Virus record (IMG/VR): IMGVR_UViG_3300014867_000001
Coordinates: 1 to 51,047 of that record
Length of the DNA: 51,047 bases
Origin: a virus
Lineage: Duplodnaviria; Caudoviricetes
Strand: one strand, 5' to 3'
The notes under the pieces are model-generated. The model searched no databases, was not told the DNA's origin, and saw only the letters and a list, made by a program, of their open reading frames with translations. A program made the translations under genes and the position numbers. This document shows positions 36,352 through 45,168 of this stretch, piece after piece. Position 1 is the stretch's first letter, and each line of letters begins with the position of its first letter.

Positions 36352-36599
36352 TACTTGAATTCCTTCTTCACGTCGAAACCGATGACGTAACCGAACTTAT
36401 CCACCGGTACGAGAGGCTTGTCTTCCCAATAAGCCTTCGCGTAAGCACTAACCCCCCAGAGATTCTTCGCGGTACGATCGTACGAAATCCCGCCTTCAGC
36501 CCGGACGCCATCACCCTCCTTAACGAGAGTAGCCCCCACTCTAAACGAGTGAGGAACCACCATCGCCTTGGCTTGTTCTGAGAGCGTCTTGTCGCTCAT
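36351..36599 (-). CDS. Hypothetical beta-strand protein
   Basis: Coupled overlaps. Confidence 0.6.
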   Translation of the reverse strand: MSDKTLSEQAKAMVVPHSFRVGATLVKEGDGVRAEGGISYDRTAKNLWGVSAYAKAYWEDKPLVPVDKFGYVIGFDVKKEFK

Positions 36600-36943
36600 A
36601 GAGTCGGCGCCTTGAACGTACCGGAGCTAGTATCCGTGACCATCGCGGCGATCTTCGCGTCGGCCTTCTGTTCAGCCCTTATCTCCACCTTGGCCTTCTC
36701 TTCTTCGACGCGCTCACCAGCCCGTTTCTTGGTCATCATACCGGTGCCGGTAATGGCGGTCACGATGCCGACCACACCCATCTGCATGGCGGCCAACTTC
36801 GCAGAGTCCCAGTGAACCCATTCAAGGATGACGAGCATCGGCAGTATCGAACCAATGACAGCACCGACTGTGACGACATGGGAGGCCGTCCAGCGCGCGA
36901 AGGCGCTGGAGACATCGATAATGGTCTTCGCGGATTCGGTCAT
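36596..36943 (-). CDS. Holin-like membrane protein
   Basis: Two hydrophobic helices and a charged C-terminus; start MTESAK. Confidence 0.55.
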   Translation of the reverse strand: MTESAKTIIDVSSAFARWTASHVVTVGAVIGSILPMLVILEWVHWDSAKLAAMQMGVVGIVTAITGTGMMTKKRAGERVEEEKAKVEIRAEQKADAKIAAMVTDTSSGTFKAPTL

Positions 36944-37134
36944 CAGCCGATACTCTGCGGACGACCCGCGAAGACGTACCAGACCGCGACGGCCGCACAC
37001 GCCACGAGGATCAACGTGTCCCACGCGCCACTCAGCGGCAGTTCGAGGATCGACGCGAACGCGGGAATCGCCAGCCGCAAGCCAACGAAGAGCAACGCCG
37101 CGAGAATGAGTCGGACGAAGACAGCGGGGATCAT
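36943..37134 (-). CDS. Small two-TM membrane protein (holin/antiholin-like)
   Basis: Almost entirely hydrophobic, 63 aa. Confidence 0.55.
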   Translation of the reverse strand: MIPAVFVRLILAALLFVGLRLAIPAFASILELPLSGAWDTLILVACAAVAVWYVFAGRPQSIG

Positions 37135-37173
37135 GGTGTTCTCTTTTCTATTCAACCGGAATGCCGAGCGCGG

Positions 37174-37863
37174 TCACCTAGATGGCGCCATCGGCGTCCA
37201 TCGTGCCGCTTCAAATGTGAGGAACTCGCCATCTTGAAGTTCGATTAGTTCGCCTGCAACTGCAACGCGCAGTAACCCACCATGATTAAAGAACTTGTTG
37301 CCAAGAGCCATCTTGAAGCGCGTGACGGTCGCCGGATCGTCAGGCTTCCATTCCATATGCACGCGAAGCGGATACGGCCCTGTGATTTTCTTTAGCTCGT
37401 TGATTTCGCGCTGTAGTTCATCGACTTTCTGAATGAGTGATTGAATCGGCTCTGATCGCGTCGGCGCTATCCGAGGCTGCTGTAATTGGACGAGATGACC
37501 GTTATAGCGCGTGCTCAGACCATCCGCGTTATAGCAAGCGCCTTGCTCGCTACACAGCTTGCCGGACTCAACGAGCTGACCGCCCTTGCTGATTGCGTCG
37601 TAGTCGCGGGCCGTCTGCCGCTCACCGTAGCCAGTAATCGGTATGGCCGCGAGAGCGATGCCACCACACCATTTTGAGTCACCACTGCAACGGCAACGCT
37701 CATCCTGTTCACCGCCAGCCAGCAACCGCGAATGCAGGCACTCGTCTGCGACGATAGCCGCAACGTAGACATAGTCGCTGCTGGGCTCTTTGGTTGCCTG
37801 TCCGGCAAATACGGTGACGGTGACGACACCAGCCAACAGCGTGCCGATAGTAATTGGTCTCAT
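37174..37863 (-). CDS. Exported Cys-containing protein with coiled coil
   Basis: AGGAG RBS; signal-like MRPITIGTLLAGVVTVTVFA; LIQKVDELQREINELKK. Confidence 0.6.
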   Translation of the reverse strand: MRPITIGTLLAGVVTVTVFAGQATKEPSSDYVYVAAIVADECLHSRLLAGGEQDERCRCSGDSKWCGGIALAAIPITGYGERQTARDYDAISKGGQLVESGKLCSEQGACYNADGLSTRYNGHLVQLQQPRIAPTRSEPIQSLIQKVDELQREINELKKITGPYPLRVHMEWKPDDPATVTRFKMALGNKFFNHGGLLRVAVAGELIELQDGEFLTFEAARWTPMAPSR

Positions 37864-38603
37864 TCGTGTTCTCCTGTTACGGTCACTACCGGAATACCGA
37901 GCGACTCGCACCATTCGGCTCGATGTTTCGCGATCGACTCCTCGACGGTCTTGCAGTTGCCGACGAGGAAGTCGTAGGTAACGCGTTGCTGCCAAACTCC
38001 TGAGTCGTCGTCGAGGCCGTTCCGCTTAGCACGTCGATAGTCCGCCGCGAGTTGACGTGAGATCTTGCGGCCACCTTCATCCCCGCCGAGGGCTTCATAA
38101 CTCGGAAACACCGGCCCCGGCCCTTCGCCGTTACCACGTCCGTTGTCGGGGTGAGGCAGTACCACCACATCATCCGTCAACGGAGGATTGTTATTCCTCC
38201 ACAAGTGATCCGGAACTGCCTCCCACGCCGGCGACGCGATGATCTGAGGCCCGTCATCCGGACTGAATGACCAATTCGGCTCGCCCCTTCGACGGTAAAT
38301 CGGCCGGTCGTGCTCGTTCGCCGATCCGATCGTATCGTACTGCTTTCCGTCGCACCAGATGGCGTCGTGTGACACACCTGAGCAAGGGTACTCCTTGCCG
38401 TCGAGCCCGGTCACAGTACGTTGTGCGAACTCCGGCGGGACGTACTGTCCTTCACCAGGACTCTTGCACATCAGGTGTGCGTCGTATCCTAGGTGCCGGA
38501 GCTTCTCGACGAGGAGCACCGTATGCCGGTAGCACGTGTGGCCGAGGTTTGTCGGCAACAGCTCTGGATGCTCCTCACTTACTTTCCGAACTATGCTAAG
38601 CAT
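37860..38603 (-). CDS. Hypothetical enzyme-like protein (possible Cys-His-Asp hydrolase)
   Basis: TCYRHT...SHDAIW...YDTIGSA, Pro-rich linker, then a small C-terminal domain. Confidence 0.55.
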   Translation of the reverse strand: MLSIVRKVSEEHPELLPTNLGHTCYRHTVLLVEKLRHLGYDAHLMCKSPGEGQYVPPEFAQRTVTGLDGKEYPCSGVSHDAIWCDGKQYDTIGSANEHDRPIYRRRGEPNWSFSPDDGPQIIASPAWEAVPDHLWRNNNPPLTDDVVVLPHPDNGRGNGEGPGPVFPSYEALGGDEGGRKISRQLAADYRRAKRNGLDDDSGVWQQRVTYDFLVGNCKTVEESIAKHRAEWCESLGIPVVTVTGEHE

Positions 38604-39232
38604 TACCTTCTCCTTCTATCATCGGCCACGAAGCCGTTGAGATAATCATTCATTCTCGCCTTCGCCGTCGGGAGATGCATATCCGCGGCGTAAGCCTTTG
38701 CCTCACGTGCGGAGAGTTCCGCTTTGTCGTACTCCCTGAGGAAGTTCAACGCATTCTCCGTGGAGTAGAGTTCGAGGATGACGTCGTAAATCTTATTGAG
38801 CTCCGACGACGCTGACGACCACTCCGAAGGCTGCCTCTTATACCACAATCGAATAGTCAAATTCGTCGCTGGCTTCGTGTCGAAGTAGAACTTATTCCCC
38901 CACCAATAACACCTCGCAGGAGTCCCCGTCGACTTGGTGAGAACGTTCTCGATACGCTCCTTATCACCAGGACGGATGATCCTGCCCGTCGTCGCATCCT
39001 TCACGAGTTCCGGCCACCAGATGTCAGTATTCACCGTAGGCGTAAAAGTATCCGTCGTCGCGAGCAGGGTCTCATCCCCAATTTTCTGCAACTCCGGATG
39101 TTCATACTCATTCGCACAACGGAGAAGGGCGTCGTTAATCCACTGTCCCCTCAACGTCGCGGTCACGTCACCACGATTCCCAACCCGCAGGAGCAGGTTC
39201 GCGTCGATATCCGTAAACGTCCTTCTCGCCAC
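38603..39232 (-). CDS. Head-tail adaptor (gp4/tail tubular A-like)
   Basis: WINDA, GTPARCY, FDTKP...IRLWYK pattern; ~210 aa. Confidence 0.7.
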   Translation of the reverse strand: MARRTFTDIDANLLLRVGNRGDVTATLRGQWINDALLRCANEYEHPELQKIGDETLLATTDTFTPTVNTDIWWPELVKDATTGRIIRPGDKERIENVLTKSTGTPARCYWWGNKFYFDTKPATNLTIRLWYKRQPSEWSSASSELNKIYDVILELYSTENALNFLREYDKAELSAREAKAYAADMHLPTAKARMNDYLNGFVADDRRRR

Positions 39233-39468
39233 TACAGATCCTCGTCTATGTTAGGAAGGGGCTCAGGATTCCGTTCGTAATTCACTTCCAGGTCCCGACG
39301 ATACGCGTCAGCGCCAGGTTCTTCCCAGCACTTCTTCGTTCCAGACCCCAAACAACGAACTCTCCCATTCTGCATCATCACCTTCGAGCGAGGATAATGC
39401 GTGCCACACATATCGCATGTGTACCACTCCTCACCCACCCGGCGGTTCGCAGACTGGGAATCGCTCAC
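39232..39468 (-). CDS. Small zinc-finger protein
   Basis: CDMCG.HYP...G.VRC...CWE; family often found before adaptor genes. Confidence 0.65.
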   Translation of the reverse strand: MSDSQSANRRVGEEWYTCDMCGTHYPRSKVMMQNGRVRCLGSGTKKCWEEPGADAYRRDLEVNYERNPEPLPNIDEDL

Positions 39469-39752
39469 TTGAACCCAATGAGAAGATACGGCGATCCTGC
39501 GGCCGGTGCTGTCGTCCAGACGATCCCGTCAACCCACTTCGGCTCCATCCCCCGAAGCACGTCGATCACCTGAGTCGCAGCTTCGACGACCCCTTCACCG
39601 ATGATATTTCCATCGGTGTCGCTGACCTTGTACGCTTGACCGATCGTTCCGGCTGCCACGACAAGATCCATCTTCGTAAGCAAGAACCTCCCCGTAATAG
39701 CGTCGGCTCCGGCCGTCATTCTGATATGACGGGAATCTCTCGTAACTGCCAT
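39465..39752 (-). CDS. Small virion-associated protein
   Basis: GGAGA RBS; beta-rich. Confidence 0.6.
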   Translation of the reverse strand: MAVTRDSRHIRMTAGADAITGRFLLTKMDLVVAAGTIGQAYKVSDTDGNIIGEGVVEAATQVIDVLRGMEPKWVDGIVWTTAPAAGSPYLLIGFK

Positions 39753-39938
39753 CTAATTCTCCGGTGAGACACTCGGTCCCTGAATGGGTAAGCGAATCGG
39801 GTTGAATGGTGGTGGCGAAGGGGGCGTAAGCAACGAACGCTCAGGCATCTCCTCGTACACCATCAACACAACTTCACGATTCTTCAACACCTCAAAACGG
39901 CACATCTGACCTTCAACGTATGCAATCGTGGTCAACAT
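39753..39938 (-). CDS. Hypothetical protein
   Basis: GGGGAG RBS. Confidence 0.45.
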   Translation of the reverse strand: MLTTIAYVEGQMCRFEVLKNREVVLMVYEEMPERSLLTPPSPPPFNPIRLPIQGPSVSPEN

Positions 39939-40053
39939 ATCACTCCCCTAACTAAGGTGGAAAGGCGAGGTGGACTGTCTCGCCTCTCCATCCCTTCCGC
40001 CAGGAGTTAGACGAATTCCCTCCTGACATGCGGCCGCTACGGTGCGAACCGCA

Positions 40054-40761
40054 CTACGGAATGATGCCGAAGAGTTCGATGAGGAACTTTCCTCCGGTGT
40101 ATGTGCCAGGAACGCCGGCAGCGCCGCCGACGATGTAGAGGTAGTCGTTTGCCGGAGGAACGCCAGTCAAGCCCTTGACCATCCCGTTCGTCCACGCTGC
40201 GGCTGCAGTGACAAGAGCGGTCTCTACCAAGGCAGCGATGCCTCCATCCTGCGCACCGGTACTGACCGTTGCGGAATAGAGATCGATATCCGTCACCGCA
40301 GCCGCAGGCAGTTCGAGGCAAGTCATCTGCCCACCGAAGATCACGCCATTGATCGCGGAGGTAATCTGCCCGAAATGCGCGCTTGTCGCACCGGCTGGAT
40401 TGCCGATGATATCGAGGTCAGTCGTCGAAGCGGCCAGACCGGTCAAATCCACGACGATACGCGTGATCGCGAGGTTTCCTTCCCGCGATACCTTCGCGTT
40501 GTACGTCTCGGCGGCTGAAACTCCCGCACCCGCCGTCAACGAAGCGGCTTGATTGACTACGGAGCCTCCCGTATTGAAGTTGAAACCCGCCGCTTCAACA
40601 GTGGCCGCCTCCGCGATACGGAGTTGACCATTCGTATCGGTCCAGGCGTACCAATGGTACCCTGCCGAATCCTGGAAGAAGTGCATACTCGGTCGAGCAA
40701 GGCCTCTTTCACCAGCCCATCCTGTCGCACCAGACAACGGTCGAGTCGTTCTGCTTGACAT
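40054..40761 (-). CDS. Capsid decoration-like protein, N-terminus paralogous to 44270..45112
   Basis: Shared SGxTGWxGE...W.DT.G.LR.A..AT.E.AGFNFNTGGS. Confidence 0.7.
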   Translation of the reverse strand: MSSRTTRPLSGATGWAGERGLARPSMHFFQDSAGYHWYAWTDTNGQLRIAEAATVEAAGFNFNTGGSVVNQAASLTAGAGVSAAETYNAKVSREGNLAITRIVVDLTGLAASTTDLDIIGNPAGATSAHFGQITSAINGVIFGGQMTCLELPAAAVTDIDLYSATVSTGAQDGGIAALVETALVTAAAAWTNGMVKGLTGVPPANDYLYIVGGAAGVPGTYTGGKFLIELFGIIP

Positions 40762-40806
40762 GTGTACTCCGTATATACTACGTCGCTGCGTAGTGTCTTA
40801 TCCGCG

Positions 40807-40995
40807 TCAGGATATCAGCCAGCGAGCTCCTGAAACAACGATAATCCAACCAAACCTACGTCGATAAACTCTTGCACCGTGACGCTTATTCCGGAGAAAC
40901 GCTGGCCGTTCCCCTCCACCAACGGGAGGATCTGATCCTTCACCGAAGTAACGATTTCCGTAATGCCTCTTTCCGAAGTAGCGTCCCCCGAACAT
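40807..40995 (-). CDS. Small basic protein with YFG repeats
   Basis: MFGGRYFGKRHYGNRYFG; overlaps the upstream stop. Confidence 0.5.
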   Translation of the reverse strand: MFGGRYFGKRHYGNRYFGEGSDPPVGGGERPAFLRNKRHGARVYRRRFGWIIVVSGARWLIS

Positions 40996-41894
40996 TACGG
41001 CGTCCGTGTGATTGCGGAACGATTGCCCTCGGCCGAGCCAGTCGCGGTGAGAACATTCGCGCTGTCTGCAAGGTTCCGAACGACAATCGAACCCGTATCA
41101 AGCCCCGACATCACTCCGAGAAGTACCGCAGACATCATCTTCGTGAGTTCGTCGAAGGTATGCGATCCATACGCAGCGGAGAACGCACGTGCGAAAATCG
41201 CATCACGTATGACGTTCGTCTGTGCGGCCGTGAGAACAACGCCTGTCGACGTGAGAAGAGTAGAAATATCGCTAAGTTCGTTATCGACGAAGTTATCAAC
41301 CGCGTTGATCAAAGCGGCAAGATCGCCAGCAGTTTGGAGTGTTCCTCCTACCCGAAGCGTATCCGCTTTGATATTCCCGTCAGCGGTGAGCGCGGCAGGC
41401 AACCGCGTTTGGATGTCGTTAGTATCCGCAATAACATCACCCGCAGTCTGGACTGTCCCAGACACGTGTGACGTATTCACTTCCGGACGTCCCCCAGCGA
41501 ACGCTCCATTACTCCCACCGAATTGTGCAACGTTAACGGGGGCGTTTGCGATGTATCCAAGAGCTGACGCTCCAAACAAGGCGTCATACACCGCTTCTTC
41601 CAAAACCACATAAGACCCGAACACTTGAAGAGCACCGGCAACCTTCACCGAATACTTCAACTCCCCAACTGTCGCAGAGTCAGTAGCATCCCACGTCACG
41701 GCATACATACCGTTAACGTCGTGAGTACCCCCACCGGAGTTCTTGCTAGCACTGGCGGCGCCATTCTTCGACACCTTAATGTCGGTATTGGCGACAGTCA
41801 GCGCAGTCTCCGCGGTCTTGAAATCCGTATCATCAACAAACGGGCCAATCCATCGTACCTGCCCCGCAGTTGACTGTTTAAGAAAACCGTCCAT
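40995..41894 (-). CDS. Virion structural protein (fibre-like)
   Basis: T/A/G/D-rich; internal repeat GTVQTAGD/GTLQTAGD. Confidence 0.65.
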   Translation of the reverse strand: MDGFLKQSTAGQVRWIGPFVDDTDFKTAETALTVANTDIKVSKNGAASASKNSGGGTHDVNGMYAVTWDATDSATVGELKYSVKVAGALQVFGSYVVLEEAVYDALFGASALGYIANAPVNVAQFGGSNGAFAGGRPEVNTSHVSGTVQTAGDVIADTNDIQTRLPAALTADGNIKADTLRVGGTLQTAGDLAALINAVDNFVDNELSDISTLLTSTGVVLTAAQTNVIRDAIFARAFSAAYGSHTFDELTKMMSAVLLGVMSGLDTGSIVVRNLADSANVLTATGSAEGNRSAITRTP

Positions 41895-42908
41895 TTACCT
41901 TCTCATCATCTGGTAGTAGTGGTGAGGAAAAGCTGAAGCACCACCCGCTGCAAAGTTGAACGGGCCAACTTCCCATGTTCCGGTACGAGTAGCCCCTGCA
42001 ATATCCACAGTAAACGTACCTGACAAATCCGTGCCTATGTTGATCAACTCAGATGAAGCCCCGATCGTGAAGTCCTCCGAACCAGCAGTGATGTTTGTGA
42101 AGTACCCGCCCGCACTCGTCGAGTAGGCGCACGTTGTTTGGCTGTCGGACCCATCTTCATTACGGCAAGTCGTGTACGAACCAGAAGCGCTGTTCCGCGA
42201 GAAGTCCGCCGTCGTAGTACCGCCTGCGTAGCAATTGGTCGCGTTCAAGACGTTCGACGACGATCCACTACGGAACCCATAAGTACCGCCAGCCGCGAGG
42301 CAGTTGTGGAAGGTCCCGTTCGCCGCTCCGCCACCAGCGAAGGTTAGGATGAAATTCGGCCCGCCTGCACCGTAGGCGAGGCAGTTGCGATACGTGACGA
42401 TACTACCCCACTGCTGGACACAGACGCGATTGGAGGCGGTTCCAGAGTGCGTAGCGATGACACGGTCGAACAGGCATCCGTCGCTGCCATCCGAGGCCAC
42501 TCCGGTGTTGACAAGAATGGTATTGTCAGTGTTCGCGTGCGTGTTTTTGACTTGCAAGCCGGTGAGGCGCGTGTAAGCCTCGTTAATCGTGAGCACTGTA
42601 CCGAAGTTTACGGCGACTTGAAGATGATACTTCCCGGTGGTGTAGAGACCTGCATGCCGGTAGGCAGCGTCCACTTCGACATGGATGTAATCGCTGCTCG
42701 TCGTTGTCCACCCGGTGAGCGTAACCGCCGTGGCATCGACTTTGGTGGCCCCATTCGCCTTGCAGGTGACGGTATGTACACCTGTGCCTGTGAGGTCGGC
42801 CTGCGATGCCGCCTCCCACGCATTCAGAGATACAAAGGCACGATTCGCTCCTGAGAGCGCATCTGTTGTGCCATCACCACCGGCCGACGAATTGGGGTCA
42901 ACAAACAT
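41895..42908 (-). CDS. Pectin-lyase-like beta-helix virion protein
   Basis: FVDP...GGDGT, repeated NCLA/NCYA, DF.I...S.LINIG...DI.G..R...WEVG. Confidence 0.65.
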   Translation of the reverse strand: MFVDPNSSAGGDGTTDALSGANRAFVSLNAWEAASQADLTGTGVHTVTCKANGATKVDATAVTLTGWTTTSSDYIHVEVDAAYRHAGLYTTGKYHLQVAVNFGTVLTINEAYTRLTGLQVKNTHANTDNTILVNTGVASDGSDGCLFDRVIATHSGTASNRVCVQQWGSIVTYRNCLAYGAGGPNFILTFAGGGAANGTFHNCLAAGGTYGFRSGSSSNVLNATNCYAGGTTTADFSRNSASGSYTTCRNEDGSDSQTTCAYSTSAGGYFTNITAGSEDFTIGASSELINIGTDLSGTFTVDIAGATRTGTWEVGPFNFAAGGASAFPHHYYQMMRR

Positions 42909-42911
42909 GAT

Positions 42912-43331
42912 TTATGGAGTCGTGCCTTCGGTCGCGCCCGTCTCTTTGTTGCGAAGAAAGTTCCGCACCTGTGCCCACGTCACCGACACGTAGCGGTTGT
43001 CACGAATCTGATTGCGGATCGAGTTGGGGAGTGTTGCTGCATCGACTTCTAACAGATGCCGTCGCCGCCGGACGAGTCGAGAACGGATCGCACCATCGAG
43101 ATCAAAGAAATCCTCCACCTGAGGAGATATTAATCTATCAAGCTGAGCCTTGGTGACGTCGGTCACGCGGACCAGAATGAACGGTGGCATGATCGGGTTC
43201 CGCACGAGATCACCATCGTGCTTGACGTCGTCGAATACCTCGACAACGTCACCACGCTTGTAACACCCCCGCAGGTCCTTTTCCAGGTCGGCGTGAGTGT
43301 TGTTACGTCCCATAATCAAGAGCAGAGCCAT
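42912..43331 (-). CDS. Hypothetical virion-associated protein
   Basis: YKRGDVVEV motif; adjacent to the beta-helix gene. Confidence 0.6.
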   Translation of the reverse strand: MALLLIMGRNNTHADLEKDLRGCYKRGDVVEVFDDVKHDGDLVRNPIMPPFILVRVTDVTKAQLDRLISPQVEDFFDLDGAIRSRLVRRRRHLLEVDAATLPNSIRNQIRDNRYVSVTWAQVRNFLRNKETGATEGTTP

Positions 43332-43338
43332 CGCGGCC

Positions 43339-43983
43339 TTAGTCCTCAGGAGATACAGGGGGTACGCCGACGATGCGAAGATTGACAGGCGTGCCGGGCA
43401 CTGCGCTCATCGTGAACGTAAGCAGCGAGGACCACAGACCCTCAACCCGGCTTCCTGTCGTGAGCACGTTCACCATACGCACCCGCGCCGTATGCTGCGT
43501 CGGCGTGATAGCTGGGATCGGAGAACGGCACGTGAAAGGGCTCGCAGCACCAGTGCAACTATGCGCAAGAGCCGCAGCCTGTAACGTCGCATCCAACTCC
43601 AGCTCATGTCGATACCCCTGAGCGGTGGCGAGGTCAGGCGCGGGTACTTGATACTCGAAATTGTCGGTCGGGGCCACCTGAGGCTGTTCCTCGAAGTCCG
43701 GCGAGACGACAAACATGTCAGACGTATGCGGATCGGGTGGGACGTAGTAACCGATCCCAGTCGCGGCGAACTCGTAAACGCCATCAGGCAGACCGGCGAC
43801 TCTCTCACGCACATCCACCGAGCAATCAGCCCAGCGCGCTACGCGCGGATTGACTTCGCGATCGGCTTGAAGCGAAGCAACGGTCACGGGTAAACCGCAC
43901 GAGGCCGGCGTCACGTACATCGGCTCGATGTAACCAGCACTGCCCGAGAGAAGAACGAACCACAAGATCATCATCATTTCCAT
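43339..43983 (-). CDS. Ig/Fn3-like protein with hydrophobic N-terminus
   Basis: GVYEFAAT, HTARVR...EGLWS, PGTPVNLRIV. Confidence 0.55.
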   Translation of the reverse strand: MEMMMILWFVLLSGSAGYIEPMYVTPASCGLPVTVASLQADREVNPRVARWADCSVDVRERVAGLPDGVYEFAATGIGYYVPPDPHTSDMFVVSPDFEEQPQVAPTDNFEYQVPAPDLATAQGYRHELELDATLQAAALAHSCTGAASPFTCRSPIPAITPTQHTARVRMVNVLTTGSRVEGLWSSLLTFTMSAVPGTPVNLRIVGVPPVSPED

Positions 43984-44012
43984 TGACCTAGTCTCCTGAA
44001 GTGAAAAAGGCT

Positions 44013-44273
44013 CTACTTATCCAACACAGCCTCAATGAGGAAGTTGATCTTCCGATCCGGGAGAAGAGGAAACTCCTTCTTGAGAAGATCGAACGCACGT
44101 CGCCTTCGAAAGTTGCCTCTGTACTGCCCGTAAAGCACGTCCATCTCTTTCACGATGGCGCTCGCCCTGACAAAACTGATATCGACAGCAGGAGGAAGAT
44201 CGGGCTGCGGAACGGCTGGCGGATCGAGCTTATCCGCGAGGCGTCGAAACCACTGTGCCAATTGCTGTTTCAT
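44013..44273 (-). CDS. Hypothetical protein
   Basis: ATGA overlap. Confidence 0.55.
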   Translation of the reverse strand: MKQQLAQWFRRLADKLDPPAVPQPDLPPAVDISFVRASAIVKEMDVLYGQYRGNFRRRRAFDLLKKEFPLLPDRKINFLIEAVLDK

Positions 44274-45112
44274 GAAATGGCCGTCACAATCCCGTTGACG
44301 ACAGTGATCGAAGCAACCGCGGCAGGCCCAAACGAAACACCCGCTGCACCGCTCACGCTGTACCCCAACGCGTCGACCGTCGCATACGCGGACTGCGCAC
44401 GAGTACGAACCTTCAAAATCGCGTCCGTAGCAAAGTCAAACCCCGCACCAGCAGTACCCGCTGTGTTCGTCAAGTTCAACTGCCCATCTGCAGGAGAGGA
44501 CATTACCGAGCGTCCCGTCCAATTATGGACAGATGAAGCTCCAGCAGATACAGACCCTGTAAACGTAGCCCCCGCGGCGAGGACATCCGCAAATGCGGAG
44601 TCGTTGCCTAGCCGGAACTGGAACGTCGCAGAGGCACGTTTAATCAGGACTTCTGAGGAAGTGATCCCCCCAAACGCGAGCGTATCACCGGAAGCCAGCA
44701 GCAATACGTTAGCACCACCGCGCCCAAGCGAAACGTCATCCCCGAATTGAAGGTTGTATCCTGTGGACAGCTTAATCCGCGTGGTGTCATAATCCCAACG
44801 AAGAGTTCCTCCGGCAGAAAACCCTTCATTATTCGCACCGGCACGGAAAGCACCCGTATCCGTATCAAGCAGGTACGTCCTCGAGGGGTATGCAGCAGTA
44901 CCGTCAGGACCTTCCCTGAACGCTAACGCGCTCCCACCTGTATTGAAATTAAACCCTGCAACTTCCGTCGTTGCAAACGCGGCCGTCCGAAGAAAGCCAC
45001 TCGTATCGAACCAAATCGTCCAATCAACGGCAGCCGTATCCGCAAGCGCATGCCTTCCTGGCATACGGCCCGGCTCACCCTTCCATCCCGTTGATCCGCT
45101 TCCTGGTCTCAT
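44270..45112 (-). CDS. Head fibre/decoration protein
   Basis: Immediately after the MCP; DGTAAYPS...DTDTG fibre motif; ends ITVVNGIVTAIS. Confidence 0.7.
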   Translation of the reverse strand: MRPGSGSTGWKGEPGRMPGRHALADTAAVDWTIWFDTSGFLRTAAFATTEVAGFNFNTGGSALAFREGPDGTAAYPSRTYLLDTDTGAFRAGANNEGFSAGGTLRWDYDTTRIKLSTGYNLQFGDDVSLGRGGANVLLLASGDTLAFGGITSSEVLIKRASATFQFRLGNDSAFADVLAAGATFTGSVSAGASSVHNWTGRSVMSSPADGQLNLTNTAGTAGAGFDFATDAILKVRTRAQSAYATVDALGYSVSGAAGVSFGPAAVASITVVNGIVTAIS

Positions 45113-45125
45113 TACGACTCCCTAC

Positions 45126-45160
45126 AGAAAGGTGAGTGGAGGGCTCATCACCCTCCACCC
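45126..45160 (-). terminator. Terminator after the major capsid gene
   Basis: GGGTGGAGGG/CCCTCCACTC stem followed by ACCTTTCT. Confidence 0.6.
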
Positions 45161-45168
45161 AAACCCGA

